The notes below the pieces were generated by a model. The model searched no databases, was not told the origin of the DNA, and worked only from the letters and a program-made list of their open reading frames with translations. DNA of 64,000 nucleotides from NCBI GenBank assembly GCA_003280965.1, contig QCDI01000001.1, forward strand, positions 192,001 through 256,000, in the 5' to 3' direction. The translations under genes were made by a program, and so were the position numbers. Shown here piece after piece: positions 41,161 through 51,823 of the stretch. This DNA comes from Prochlorococcus sp. AG-355-B18. Lineage in GTDB: Bacteria > Cyanobacteriota > Cyanobacteriia > PCC-6307 > Cyanobiaceae. Positions within the stretch are counted from its first letter, which is position 1. The number at the start of each line of letters is the position of its first letter.

Positions 41161-41394
41161 ATGCGATCTTTTTTATTTCTTGTTTCTGGAATTTTTGTAG
41201 GTCTTTATTTATCTTGGCCTTGAATATTAATTTCAAAAAACTGGAAATGTTTCAATGAGATTATTGAAAAGTCAGCAGAAGACAAAATTTCAATAAAAGC
41301 ATTAATGGAGGTTTCTCCTACCTATTTAATTAAGGGTAAGAATAACAATATGTCCTCAAAGATAAGAGTCGTAGCAGACGCATGTTTTCGTTAA
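41161..41394 (+). pseudogene. small membrane-anchored protein gene with internal TGA
   Basis: MRSFLFLVSGIFVGLYLSWP*ILISKNWKCF...ADACFR; stop at 41221-41223, frame then continues 56 codons. Confidence 0.55.
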
Positions 41395-41423
41395 TATGTT
41401 CTAGTATAAAATGTATGTACTAA

Positions 41424-42224
41424 TTGATGATTAGTAATTTAAGATTTGAATTGTCATTTAAAAATATTTCGCAGTTAGAAAATAAACTTAATTTCTGTAA
41501 ATTAAATAGAATAAAAAATCTGAATATTCCCTGTAAGGGACCTATTAAGAAGGATTTTTTTAATAATACTATTAAATATATATCAAATAACCACCAAGAA
41601 TTTAACGTAACCTATCACTACAGTCTATATCATCAATACTCTCAAAATAAAGAAAAATCCTATCAAGATCTTTTAGCCTTTTTAAAAAATTCTTATTCAA
41701 ATAGAAATTATGAAATTCTTCTTGTATCAGGATCTAATAAGAAAAAAAACTTTGAGGTAGTTAATGTTTTAAGCAAAATAAAAGAAGAAAAAAATTTACA
41801 AGTGAAATTAGGTATAGCTTATAATCCATATTTGAAGAAATATTATGAGGATACTTTAGAAAGAGAAAATTTAAATAGGAAACTTTCTTCAGGTTTAATA
41901 AAATCAATTTGGTTTCAATATGGAACAGATATTAAAGTTCTTCAGAATGAAGTTACCTATATTAAGAAAGTAGCAAAACATAAAAAAATAAATCTATTTG
42001 GAAGTTTATTCATACCTTCAAAACAATTTATAGCGAGGTTTAAATTTCGTCCTTGGAAAGGGGTTCACATATCAGAAAAGTGTTTATGTTCGTTAGATTA
42101 TTTTTATGAATTTACAAGAGATTTAGTTTGTTTTTATAAAAATAATAATATTACTCCTGTAATTGAAACTGATTTTGCATCATCAGAAAAACTTGATTCA
42201 GTTTATAGTTTCTTTAAAAAATAA
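41424..42224 (+). CDS. hypothetical protein, possible FAD-linked oxidoreductase (MTHFR-like) barrel
   Basis: NIP, LLVSGS, AYNPY, RKLSSG, IWFQ spacing reminiscent of the MTHFR fold. Confidence 0.45.
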   Translation: MMISNLRFELSFKNISQLENKLNFCKLNRIKNLNIPCKGPIKKDFFNNTIKYISNNHQEFNVTYHYSLYHQYSQNKEKSYQDLLAFLKNSYSNRNYEILLVSGSNKKKNFEVVNVLSKIKEEKNLQVKLGIAYNPYLKKYYEDTLERENLNRKLSSGLIKSIWFQYGTDIKVLQNEVTYIKKVAKHKKINLFGSLFIPSKQFIARFKFRPWKGVHISEKCLCSLDYFYEFTRDLVCFYKNNNITPVIETDFASSEKLDSVYSFFKK

Positions 42225-42250
42225 AGGTAATTTCTTTCAATTTAAGAATT

Positions 42251-43408
42251 ATGAATAAAGGTTATAAATACGATTTGTTAATAATAGGTGGAGGAATATC
42301 TGCATGTGTTTTTGCTTCAAAGTTTCTTCAAAATAACACTACAAAAAAAATTGCATTAATTGAGGTTGGTCGTGGTCTTGGAGGACGATCAAGTACAAGA
42401 ATAAGCAAAAGATTTAAAGGATGGAGACTAAACCATGGGGCTCCAAATTTAAATATATGCAACAGTAAAAATGACTTCCTTTTAAAAAGTTTTATTGATG
42501 GATTATTAGATAATAAATTAATTAAAATTGATGATTCAGAAATAGCTTATCTTGATGAGGAAGCTAATTTAGAAACCATAAAAAATTCTGAATTTAATTG
42601 CGGGATTAATTATCATTCTTTATTTTCTATGAGTCAATTATCTGAAAATATTATTGAATTGAATAATTTGAGGGGTAATATTGATTTTTATTTTGAAACT
42701 TTAATAGTTGATTTGGAGTTTGATAATGATGAATGGACATTAACATCTAAAAATGGGGATAAATTCAAATCTAATTATCTTGTTTGTTCAACTAATTTGT
42801 TATCACATAAAAGGTCGTTAAAAATATTAAAGGTTGATCAAATTCCATTAAGAAAAGCTATTCCTAAAAATAAAGATAAAAAAATTGATTTGCTTTTAAA
42901 TTTTTTAGATAAACAAACATTTATTCCTAGGCTAACTTTTTTAATTTATACAAACGAAAATTATAAATTTAAAGATCTTTATTCTAAGAAATATAGGTGT
43001 TTTTATTTAAAAAAAAGTCTGGAGAATGAGTATAAAATTGAAAGAGTTATTTTTCAGTCACTAGATAACAACAAATTAGGAATTGTATTACATTCAAAAA
43101 ATTTAGGTTTTATTAATTCTTATTTAAACACTAAAGATGAAAATCTTTTTAAACAAAAAATATTTTCAAACTTCAATAGATTGTTTACTAATAATGCTTC
43201 AGTAAATCAATTAACTTGTAATGAGGAGATCTCTATTATGAGATGGAGAGCCTCTCAACCTTCAGGATGCGCCGTCCCTCTATCTTTGCAATTTAGTAGA
43301 AAATATAGAATTGGATTTTGCGGAGATTGGTTTGAAGGAGAAGGATTCGCTAGAATTGAGGGATCAATTTTAAGTGCTCTAAAATTAGAGGAAAAATTTA
43401 AAACTTAA
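42251..43408 (+). CDS. renalase-like NAD(P)/FAD-dependent oxidoreductase
   Basis: IIGGGISA, GRGLGGRSSTR, HGAP, RWRASQP, CGDW..RIEG. Confidence 0.88.
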   Translation: MNKGYKYDLLIIGGGISACVFASKFLQNNTTKKIALIEVGRGLGGRSSTRISKRFKGWRLNHGAPNLNICNSKNDFLLKSFIDGLLDNKLIKIDDSEIAYLDEEANLETIKNSEFNCGINYHSLFSMSQLSENIIELNNLRGNIDFYFETLIVDLEFDNDEWTLTSKNGDKFKSNYLVCSTNLLSHKRSLKILKVDQIPLRKAIPKNKDKKIDLLLNFLDKQTFIPRLTFLIYTNENYKFKDLYSKKYRCFYLKKSLENEYKIERVIFQSLDNNKLGIVLHSKNLGFINSYLNTKDENLFKQKIFSNFNRLFTNNASVNQLTCNEEISIMRWRASQPSGCAVPLSLQFSRKYRIGFCGDWFEGEGFARIEGSILSALKLEEKFKT

Positions 43409-44002
43409 TCAAATAATTTTTTTAAGTATTTGATCAATATTAGTGTCTTTAGTGATAGTGAATTCATCAGCATTATTCTTTATATTTATATTTTTAAATT
43501 TCTCATAATAAATATCCCACGATTTTAAAAAATCATCTTCAGCTTGTTTTTTGGTCTTCCCCCTTTCTTTAAGATCTCTTAGGATAACTCTTTTCATACA
43601 CTCATTTTTATTAATTTTTAATTCTAAAAAAGTATAATTTTGATTACGTAATGTGCCTGAGAATTCTTTAGCAAAAATACCCTCAATAATTAAAAAATTA
43701 ATATTATTTGTTTCGTTAAATAAATTATTTATTAATTTCTTTTCAAAATTATATGAACGTTCTTGGATTGAAATTCCATTTTTAAGAATAAAATTAAAAT
43801 CTTTTTTAAATAGTTTGTAATTAAAACTAATGCTTCTATCGAAGTAGCTCGCTACAAATTTTGAAAGGAATTTACTTATTAACCCAACTTTATAGTAATT
43901 GTCTGTACTTAAAATGATGCCATTTTTAATTTTCCCTATAATTCTTTTGGATAAGGTTGTTTTACCACTACCAGAAGGACCACTTATAAATATAAGTTTC
44001 AT
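43409..44002 (-). CDS. uridine kinase/PRK-family P-loop kinase
   Basis: GPSGSGKTT, DNYY, IIEGIF, RDLKERG. Confidence 0.85.
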   Translation of the reverse strand: MKLIFISGPSGSGKTTLSKRIIGKIKNGIILSTDNYYKVGLISKFLSKFVASYFDRSISFNYKLFKKDFNFILKNGISIQERSYNFEKKLINNLFNETNNINFLIIEGIFAKEFSGTLRNQNYTFLELKINKNECMKRVILRDLKERGKTKKQAEDDFLKSWDIYYEKFKNINIKNNADEFTITKDTNIDQILKKII

Positions 44003-44279
44003 TTTCTATGCGCTGGTCTTTATTAAGATTCTCATTTTACTAATATTAAGACTTTTAATTTTGGAAAGTACATTTTTCTTTTTCTAAAATTTTGAGAATA
44101 ATCTTATACCCTTTGCAATGGTTTGTAAGCTTGCATAAATAATAAATATGTGTCTTTATGTATATGTAAATAAATTAAAGTTATTAAATTATCTATAGTT
44201 TGTTGTTAATTCTAATTTTAATTCAAGGTTGACAATATTTTTAGATAGAAAAATTTAATTTTATTACTTATACATTGCA

Positions 44280-44609
44280 ATGATTTCTAAATTTCTAGGT
44301 AAACTAAAATCAATTCTATTTAAAAGTCCAGTATCCTCTGAAACTCCTTTAAAGAAAGAAAAACCAACCAAGTCAGCAAAATTATCAAAAACAAAAACAA
44401 AAACTAAAACAAAGGCAAAACAAGTTAATTCAAAGAAAAATATTGAGAACTTAACTTCACTTCCTGGTGTTGGAGCTAAAAGTGCTAAAGCTTTGTATGA
44501 GGCTGGATTTAAAACAACAAAAGCAGTTATCTCAGCTGATGAAAAAGATCTATTAGCTGTAACTGGTGTTGGAATAAACCTTGTTAAAAAGCTTAAAAAG
44601 CTTAAATAA
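44280..44609 (+). CDS. helix-hairpin-helix DNA-binding protein
   Basis: LPGVGAKSA and VTGVG HhH motifs; Lys-rich linker. Confidence 0.85.
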   Translation: MISKFLGKLKSILFKSPVSSETPLKKEKPTKSAKLSKTKTKTKTKAKQVNSKKNIENLTSLPGVGAKSAKALYEAGFKTTKAVISADEKDLLAVTGVGINLVKKLKKLK

Positions 44610-44670
44610 ATATATATTTTATTTTAAAGTAATAAAGAGTTGGTTTTACTCTATTAAGTCTAGAAGAAAT

Positions 44671-44847
44671 TTATCTTCTTCTTGCTTTTCTTCTTTGTTG
44701 CAATTTCCTTTTGTATTTTTCAATAGGCGTCTCATGATGTCTAAGTCTTTTTAAATCTGCAAAAATTCCCGATTTAGATACTTGTCTTTTAAATCTTCTA
44801 AGGGCTGATTCAATTCCCTCATTCTCTCCAACTGTTACTTGTGTCAA
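44671..44847 (-). CDS. rpsU: 30S ribosomal protein S21 (not in ORF track)
   Basis: Manual translation from [51 protein letters not shown]... Confidence 0.95.
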
Positions 44848-44932
44848 AATTTTCTAAATAAATTATATTCTAACATCTTATCAGAGTTATTCTAAATTTA
44901 AAACTTTAACTCAAGCATTGTTTATTTAGAAT

Positions 44933-45391
44933 TTATTTTATAGACCACTCCACAAATCCCTTTTTATTACTTTTTATATCTTCTAAGGATTCAAAATAAT
45001 ATTTTTTCCAATTATCTTTAGGCAGTCCAAGAAAAAGCATTAGATTTAAAGGGTATTTATTGCTATCAGAACAATTTCTAAAATCATCTCTGAATAAAAA
45101 TATTTTCTTTTTTAGAGCAATTGCAATACCTAATTCAATCATTACACCTTCATCTGGGGGCGTTCCATTAACAATCGCAAAAATGCAATCACATTTTTTT
45201 AAATCATTGAAATTACTTTCAGCCAGGTTATAGGCCCAGTTATCTTTTTTTTTCATTATCTGTTTAGTCCTCTCAAAAGGTTCGTAAACTTCAATATTTA
45301 AACCATTGAAAATATTAATAAATTCATTCAAGAGGCTTTTAGTTTGTTTAGAAAATCCATATGGATTAGCTAAATATAATTTCTTTTTCAA
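44933..45391 (-). CDS. nucleoside 2-deoxyribosyltransferase-family protein
   Basis: LYLANP, DEGVMIELGIA, LNLML. Confidence 0.88.
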   Translation of the reverse strand: MKKKLYLANPYGFSKQTKSLLNEFINIFNGLNIEVYEPFERTKQIMKKKDNWAYNLAESNFNDLKKCDCIFAIVNGTPPDEGVMIELGIAIALKKKIFLFRDDFRNCSDSNKYPLNLMLFLGLPKDNWKKYYFESLEDIKSNKKGFVEWSIK

Positions 45392-45804
45392 CTTAAGCCC
45401 CTTTTTTTGTTGTAATCGTTGCGATCACTTTGTAAATTTAAAGGGTTTTCCCAAGGGAAAACTATCCATTCATTTTTTTCTGATATTTGTACACTATTCC
45501 ACCAAGTAGGACTAACTTTACTAAATAATACAAAAAACATAGCTCCTTCAATATGTTTGAAGGCTTTTAATGTAATACCTGTTTCATAAATATCATCTAC
45601 TATTAGCGAATTTTTGATGGGTTCTGAAATCAAATTTATTTTTAATTTATGGCTTAGCGCTACAGCAAGACATAATCCTCCACGAGGAATTCCATATATT
45701 CCAGAAAATTCTAAAAACTTACATTTGTTAGCGATATACTCTACGCTCTTATCAAATTCGCACCAACTAAAGTACTTTACCATGTTAATTTTTTCCTTTT
45801 TCAA
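45388..45804 (-). CDS. type I phosphoribosyltransferase (purine PRT-like)
   Basis: GIPRGG, IVDDIYETGIT, WIVFPWE. Confidence 0.88.
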   Translation of the reverse strand: MKKEKINMVKYFSWCEFDKSVEYIANKCKFLEFSGIYGIPRGGLCLAVALSHKLKINLISEPIKNSLIVDDIYETGITLKAFKHIEGAMFFVLFSKVSPTWWNSVQISEKNEWIVFPWENPLNLQSDRNDYNKKRGLS

Positions 45805-46043
45805 TTGTAGTTGAATAATTTGATGCGATTACGCTTAAAAGTGCTAATACTTGTTCATTAGGGCAATTAGTATTTTTTTTTAAATTTTCACATTCTTTTA
45901 TTATGTTGGCATAAGTATCTTCGACGATTCCGTTCATTTGTTCATTACTAAAAGAATATGGCATATTTATTTATAATTAATAAATATTTTTATTTTTACT
46001 CAAATATCCAAAGAAGTAAATATGTATATTAATTAAAAAAAAA

Positions 46044-46547
46044 TTATTTCCACATAGGGTCATTTAGCTTTTCAATCTTAAGTGAATTAGGAACGTATGT
46101 ATGTAAAGTTTCAACTTTTATAGCCCATTTTTTTGAGTTACCTTTTAAACTATCGCTTGTAATTAGGTTTGTTAGTGAAATTCTTTTTCTAATTTTAAGA
46201 AGACCTAGACAAGTTTCCCAGGCCACTTGATTTTTATAAATATCTAACCAAAAATCAAAAATACTTTCCAATACATCAAGCGGGATATCAAAAGAAATAC
46301 CCATAGATGGATTCTCAATTAAATAATTTTTATTTCTTAGTTCATGTAATAAATTATCTATATTTAATTTAATGGCGAAGAGAATATCTTTTGCTGATTG
46401 ATAACCTATTAATTCTTTTCTGTGGCAATCTAGAAGGGTTTTATCCTCAAGAACATTCTCATTACAATTTTTGACTCCAACAATCCAAAACCCTTCTCCA
46501 TTTTTTACTCCACTAGCAAGAAAAAGATAATGAGCTGAATTGTCCAA
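46044..46547 (-). CDS. conserved hypothetical protein
   Basis: ORF track. Confidence 0.6.
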   Translation of the reverse strand: MDNSAHYLFLASGVKNGEGFWIVGVKNCNENVLEDKTLLDCHRKELIGYQSAKDILFAIKLNIDNLLHELRNKNYLIENPSMGISFDIPLDVLESIFDFWLDIYKNQVAWETCLGLLKIRKRISLTNLITSDSLKGNSKKWAIKVETLHTYVPNSLKIEKLNDPMWK

Positions 46548-47417
46548 AATTTAAAATCATTTCTTTATTTTTAACATTTATTGCTAGTTATGAAAATATA
46601 TTTTGCTCTAAAATCACAATATTAATTTCTCGTTAAAAGAATTTAGTTGTTAAGATCAGGTTTTAATGAATAATGTTTGATTTAAAAGAGCTAAAACTAA
46701 TGTTTTTGGACCCGACAGATTTGATAATCAATAATATAAATAAATTTCTTAGTAGTAAAAAACCAATTAAATTTATTTTTTCTTAGGAAATAATTTCCCA
46801 ATTTTTTCTTGTTGAATAGATTCTTTTTTTGTTCTTATTTTTTTATCTTCTATTGATTCTTTGTTAGTGCTTACAGCATAAATAATATAGAAAATCATGG
46901 CAGTAAATACTAATCCTAAAAAAAGAATCAGTATACCTAAAGGTTCTCTAGGACTAAAAATTTTGAGGTCTAAAGCTGTATTTAGCGAAATTAGCATTAA
47001 TTAAGTAATTCCTTAGATAACTTTTATTGAAATCTAATTGATTTCTTCGTAACCAAAGAATGTGGAATTATCAGAATTTTTATACCCATTTGCTGCTTCC
47101 TGTGGATTCTGACTATCAATTTTTCTTGCTTTAGCGTGAATCATATTGAATGGAAAAATCACAGCTCCAACAAAAAAATGAAGTATTAAAAAGTCTGAAG
47201 GTAGTCCATTTGTCCAATCAGGGAAAAATAACAATGTCATCAATGATTCGTACATATTAGTAATCAAATAAACCTCTGACTATTATTGCTGAACTTATTG
47301 CAATACTATTAATTTTTAATAAATTGAAATTTATTTTTGCTTTAAGAATTATAAGATTCAATTGAAAAGACAATAATAAAAATACTATATTATTTAAAAA
47401 GTACTAATTTATAGCTA

Positions 47418-47819
47418 TTGTTGAAATTCTTTTTTTGTTTAATTATTTCTTTAATTTACTTGTTAAATCCGCCATTAGGATTGGCATTTGACACGTCAGA
47501 TCCTAGTGTTAGTCTACTCCAAAATAGGATCTCTAATAATTTCTCAAGAAAATATTGTAAGGCTATTCAAAATGGTTTTTCTAAAGATGAAGCAATGAAA
47601 TCAGCAATTGTAAAAACAGAAAACATTATATCTTTTTCCTATAATCCACAAAAAAAATGGATTGAGAAAGATGACTTGGCAAATCAAATTTCATTGCAAG
47701 TAGTAAATGATTGTGGTTGGTCATTTGGATTAATGGGAAAGGAGGGAGTTAATTATTTTAAATCTTATTTTCTAGAAATTTACGAAAAAACTACTCCAGA
47801 CAAAAATTTTTCTAGATAG
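47418..47819 (+). CDS. secreted hypothetical protein with two mature-region Cys
   Basis: Signal peptide; YCKAIQNG...NDCG. Confidence 0.65.
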   Translation: MLKFFFCLIISLIYLLNPPLGLAFDTSDPSVSLLQNRISNNFSRKYCKAIQNGFSKDEAMKSAIVKTENIISFSYNPQKKWIEKDDLANQISLQVVNDCGWSFGLMGKEGVNYFKSYFLEIYEKTTPDKNFSR

Positions 47820-48118
47820 ATTTGTTAAATGAAAAATATTTCAGACAAATTAGTCATGATTATAATCTTAATAACTATTCTTTTTGTGTTTGGATTAATT
47901 TTTTCAGTAAAATCTCCAGAGAGGAAGATTATAGATTCACCAATTATTTGGAAAGAAGATTATTCGAAAATATCTATTTTTAATAGCTATGAGAAAAATT
48001 ACGAAGGAATAACGATAATTTAAATAACATAAAATTCAAAATTATTTAAATTCATGAAAGTTTTATTAAAAATGATAAAAATAACTTTGGGATTCTATGT
48101 CAATTCGTATCACATTTT

Positions 48119-48460
48119 TTAATTTATGTAGTTTAAAAGAACTGAAGCTAGTCTTAAATCATCATTAAACCATGCTCGTATTGCCATAGATCTTCTGGGA
48201 TCATAAAAATTTTGTTTTCTATACCAACTAAGTACTTCCGAATCTGACTTCTTGCCATTACATGACAAACAACAAGGCACACAATTGCTTGTGCTGCTTT
48301 TGCCTCCCTTTGACTTTGGATGAAGGTGGTCAAGTGATTCAGATGGTTTACCGCAATAAATACATTTATATTTAGTGATTTTATTTAGTGACTGTTTCCA
48401 ACTTTTATTATTTATCTTGGGACATAGCTGATCAAGGTAAATTGCATCTTTTCTATGCAT
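48119..48460 (-). CDS. HNH endonuclease
   Basis: CIYCG..SLDHLHPKSKGG..NCVPCCLSCNGKK. Confidence 0.9.
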   Translation of the reverse strand: MHRKDAIYLDQLCPKINNKSWKQSLNKITKYKCIYCGKPSESLDHLHPKSKGGKSSTSNCVPCCLSCNGKKSDSEVLSWYRKQNFYDPRRSMAIRAWFNDDLRLASVLLNYIN

Positions 48461-48564
48461 AATATTCTTGATGTTTTATTGATAATAACAGTTTTTAATA
48501 AACTATGATTGATAAAGAGAAGAAAATACTATCTAAGTCATAGATTTCTTATTAAAATTATTAA

Positions 48565-49407
48565 ATGGTTTTTAAGAATTTGAATTTTGATTCAATGCTT
48601 TATTTACTAACAATATTTGTAGATAGTCAAGATCATTCTATATATAAAAGCATTACTATTTTTTTGATATCTTTCTTTTCTAATACGTTTTCAGCAATTT
48701 CTGGAGGTGGAGCAGGTTTATTTCAATTACCCGCCTTAATATTATCAGGTGTTCCTTATTATCAAGCTCTGGCTAGCCATAAATTAGCAACAGTAGCTCT
48801 AGGAATAGGCGGTTCATTAAGAAATTACAAATCTCTTGGAAACGATATTTACATAGCAGTGCAAATTTTAATTTTTGGATTGCCAGGAGTGATTTTTGGA
48901 GCTTCTTTAGTTGAATTTATATCAGAACAATATTTGTACTTAACTTTAGGAGTATTTTCAATATTGTTAGCTTTTTACTCATTCATTAGATCAGATTTAG
49001 GTTTAACTTCAGTTAATAATAATCTTAACTTGACCCACAAAATTAGGTTTTTAATTTTTATTTTCTTTATAGGAATTTTGAATGGTTCTATTTCTTCAGG
49101 AACTGGATTGCTTGTAACAATACTTTTAATCAAAACTTTTGGAATAGATTTTCTTCGTGCTATAAGTTTGACATTCTTTACTGTTGGAATTTTTTGGAAT
49201 TTTACTGGAGCAATTTATTTGAGTAAAATAGGAACAGTTCCCCAAAATATATTATTTTTATTATTAATTGGTTCTTTTGCAGGAGGATATTTTGGAGCTC
49301 ATTTATCAAAATTAAAAGGAAATGAACTAGTTAAAAAAACTTTTACCACAGTTTGTCTTCTTGTAGGTATTAGTTTATTTATTAAATCCATTAAGACTTT
49401 TTTGTAG
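48565..49407 (+). CDS. TauE/SafE-family membrane protein
   Basis: SGGGAG..LP, NGSISSGTG, GGYFGA. Confidence 0.85.
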   Translation: MVFKNLNFDSMLYLLTIFVDSQDHSIYKSITIFLISFFSNTFSAISGGGAGLFQLPALILSGVPYYQALASHKLATVALGIGGSLRNYKSLGNDIYIAVQILIFGLPGVIFGASLVEFISEQYLYLTLGVFSILLAFYSFIRSDLGLTSVNNNLNLTHKIRFLIFIFFIGILNGSISSGTGLLVTILLIKTFGIDFLRAISLTFFTVGIFWNFTGAIYLSKIGTVPQNILFLLLIGSFAGGYFGAHLSKLKGNELVKKTFTTVCLLVGISLFIKSIKTFL

Positions 49408-49447
49408 TTTAACTGCAAGTATTAATATAGTTGTTTTAAAAAAGATC

Positions 49448-49492
49448 AAAAAAAAGGCCTCACATTTGTGAAGCCGGGTGATGGGGAACCTT
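49448..49492 (-). ncRNA. candidate sRNA 3' end with intrinsic terminator
   Basis: Minus strand GGTTCCCCATCACCC followed by GGCTTCAC-AAAT-GTGAGGCC and a T-run; no minus-strand ORF ends here. Confidence 0.5.
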
Positions 49493-49740
49493 ATTTTTAG
49501 ACCAATTTCTTCAAAATTGCAACCCCCTATCTGTAGCGCCACACGATTGACATTTAAACACTACAGGTAGTGTTGTTCTTATATTACCAATGATATTAGA
49601 ACAATTCAGTAATTATTTTTTAATTCTATCTTTATAAGTAGATTTCATATTTAAGGTTTTCAATTGTTTATGTAATTAAACTTGTTAAAAATATGATGCA
49701 TTGTATTATTCGTAAGAAGTCCGATGCTCAAAAAGCTTTA

Positions 49741-49968
49741 ATGATTGAATTAACATTACTAACACTTTTAAATTATGTTGGTGATAATTTCTGTGAATAT
49801 AGAAATTTAGGTCATGATAATTATAAATCTTTGCTTCTTTCATACAGTGATGCAAGTAATAAATTTGGACCACTTGAAGTTAAAAAGGTTATTGAGAATT
49901 CAGATAATTTTAAAGTTACAGCTGTTGCTATTGCTGCAATTAAGTGTCCTCAGCATATTTTTAAATAA
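49741..49968 (+). CDS. small two-Cys protein
   Basis: Likely start MIELT; FCEYRNLG...IKCP. Confidence 0.6.
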   Translation: MIELTLLTLLNYVGDNFCEYRNLGHDNYKSLLLSYSDASNKFGPLEVKKVIENSDNFKVTAVAIAAIKCPQHIFK

Positions 49969-50234
49969 TGAAGTTTGAATTAAAAACTGAAAATAATAAT
50001 AATTCAAAATCATTTTCAAATATTTTTAGGTCTTTTTTTATTCTCGCGCTTATAATCATTCTTTGCGATATTGCACTTAAATTAGGACTAATTTCAAGGC
50101 ATTATCAAATCAACAACAATTGTAGACTGTTATCAGTTGAAAAATCTTCATCTAGTTTTGAGAAATTATCTAGTCTCTCTAAACTGAAAAGTAAACAAAA
50201 AATTTGGGAATTTTGTAAAGAGGTTGTTAAATAA
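49968..50234 (+). CDS. hypothetical membrane-anchored protein
   Basis: ORF track; TAATG coupling to the upstream gene. Confidence 0.6.
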   Translation: MKFELKTENNNNSKSFSNIFRSFFILALIIILCDIALKLGLISRHYQINNNCRLLSVEKSSSSFEKLSSLSKLKSKQKIWEFCKEVVK

Positions 50235-50237
50235 TAT

Positions 50238-51032
50238 TTAGCTAGAAGCTGATGAATAGAACTTTAATGCAAAAACCCAGAACTTTCTAGAAGTAAAAAG
50301 AAATACTATAGCAACGAAAAATTCAAGCAATATTTTCCATAATTGAGAGAGACCAAGGAAAACTTCAGAAGGAATTGTAGTTATAAAAGCAATAGGAATA
50401 AAAACACTAAAAAATATTCTTAGAGTAAATGAAAATGAGTTTAGAGGAAATCTTCCAATATAAAGAAAAGATCTTAATACTTCTGTGGCGTTCCATGTCT
50501 TAACAAACCAGATAGTAGTTGTAGAGATAAAAAACCATAAGCTATACAAAATACATATTGAGCAGACTATCGTTATAAGACATAAAGTCAGAAAACTTAA
50601 ATTTAAATTTATTTGATTTATTTTGATGCAGTATAACAATAAGCAAAATCCAAGAATTATTTCTAAAAAACCTGATGGAGCTATTTTTTTTAAAGAGATA
50701 AAAAATTGACTATCAATAGGTTTTAAAAGGACGAAATCTAAAGTTCCTTCTCTTACATGTTTAACAATTTCGGTAAGGTTTGGATTGAACCATGTATTAG
50801 TTATTCCATTCAAAATTGTATATATTCCTTGAATTATTAGTGCCTGTTCAAAGTCCCATCCTCCAATGCTGCCAGCGTTTTGAAAAAATATAGATAATAA
50901 AAAAATACTCCCTATTAAACTTAATATTGCGGTAATTAAATCAATTAATATATTAGTTTTATACTCTAATTCAGAAGCTAAAGAAGTATGTAGAAATTTA
51001 GTATAAACTTTAAAATATTTTCTTAGAGTCAT
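50238..51032 (-). CDS. ABC-2 type permease (DUF990-like)
   Basis: VREGTLDFVLLKPIDSQF; likely start MTLRK. Confidence 0.88.
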   Translation of the reverse strand: MTLRKYFKVYTKFLHTSLASELEYKTNILIDLITAILSLIGSIFLLSIFFQNAGSIGGWDFEQALIIQGIYTILNGITNTWFNPNLTEIVKHVREGTLDFVLLKPIDSQFFISLKKIAPSGFLEIILGFCLLLYCIKINQINLNLSFLTLCLITIVCSICILYSLWFFISTTTIWFVKTWNATEVLRSFLYIGRFPLNSFSFTLRIFFSVFIPIAFITTIPSEVFLGLSQLWKILLEFFVAIVFLFTSRKFWVFALKFYSSASS

Positions 51033-51823
51033 GACCCCATAGCGGTATATTTCTTTGTTCCTTCGGACCATATTTTTTTAAATGCTGGGAAAAGTAAAAG
51101 AATCCATAGAATTTGCATACTTAAGCCTCCACTAACATTTATTTCGTTACCTGATAATAAGTTTGCGGGGAAATCAATTAGATATGGAAAAGGAGTTAAA
51201 TAAATCCAAGATTTAACATAATCGGGAAATGAAACTACTGGAGCTAAAAGACCTGATAGAAATAATGTTGGGATAAATAATAATCTCTCGATTGAGGATG
51301 CTTTTTCAGTCCAGAAACATAGACATGCAACTATGGACTGAATTAAGAATTGAATTAAAAATGATAAGAAAGTGGATATTATTGATAAGAATAAAACTCC
51401 TATATTTGGAACCCATATACTTTCTGGATTAAAAATAAAAAAGAAAAATGCGATTATTAGTGCAAAAGGAAATCTTGTTATTTGTTCAGCAAGATGTTGT
51501 GCAAAATACCTGAAAAATGGATTTAGAGGTTGAATTAGATAAGGAGATACTTTCCCCATAAGAGAATCTTCTTCAAAGCTAAATACAACCCAAACCACAG
51601 AAAACTGTCTTACAAAAAAAGCACATAAAAAATACCTAGATAACATAATATCACTAATGTTTATCGATTCATTAAGGTTATTGTTTGTCCATATGTTTAA
51701 CATAAAAAATGGAATTATCCCTGATATTGCCCACAGTGCAATCTCTACCCTATATTCCAACATGTTTGAGTATTGGACCTTTAGCAATGTAAATATTTTA
51801 TGGTTAATCAAATCAGAGATCAT
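51029..51823 (-). CDS. ABC-2 type permease
   Basis: GKVSPYLIQPL, LSGLLAPV..FP. Confidence 0.88.
   Translation of the reverse strand: MISDLINHKIFTLLKVQYSNMLEYRVEIALWAISGIIPFFMLNIWTNNNLNESINISDIMLSRYFLCAFFVRQFSVVWVVFSFEEDSLMGKVSPYLIQPLNPFFRYFAQHLAEQITRFPFALIIAFFFFIFNPESIWVPNIGVLFLSIISTFLSFLIQFLIQSIVACLCFWTEKASSIERLLFIPTLFLSGLLAPVVSFPDYVKSWIYLTPFPYLIDFPANLLSGNEINVSGGLSMQILWILLLFPAFKKIWSEGTKKYTAMGS

Noticed and set aside
48119..48460. HNH gene as a homing or mobile element
   Set aside because: No intron, flanking repeats or interrupted host gene visible.
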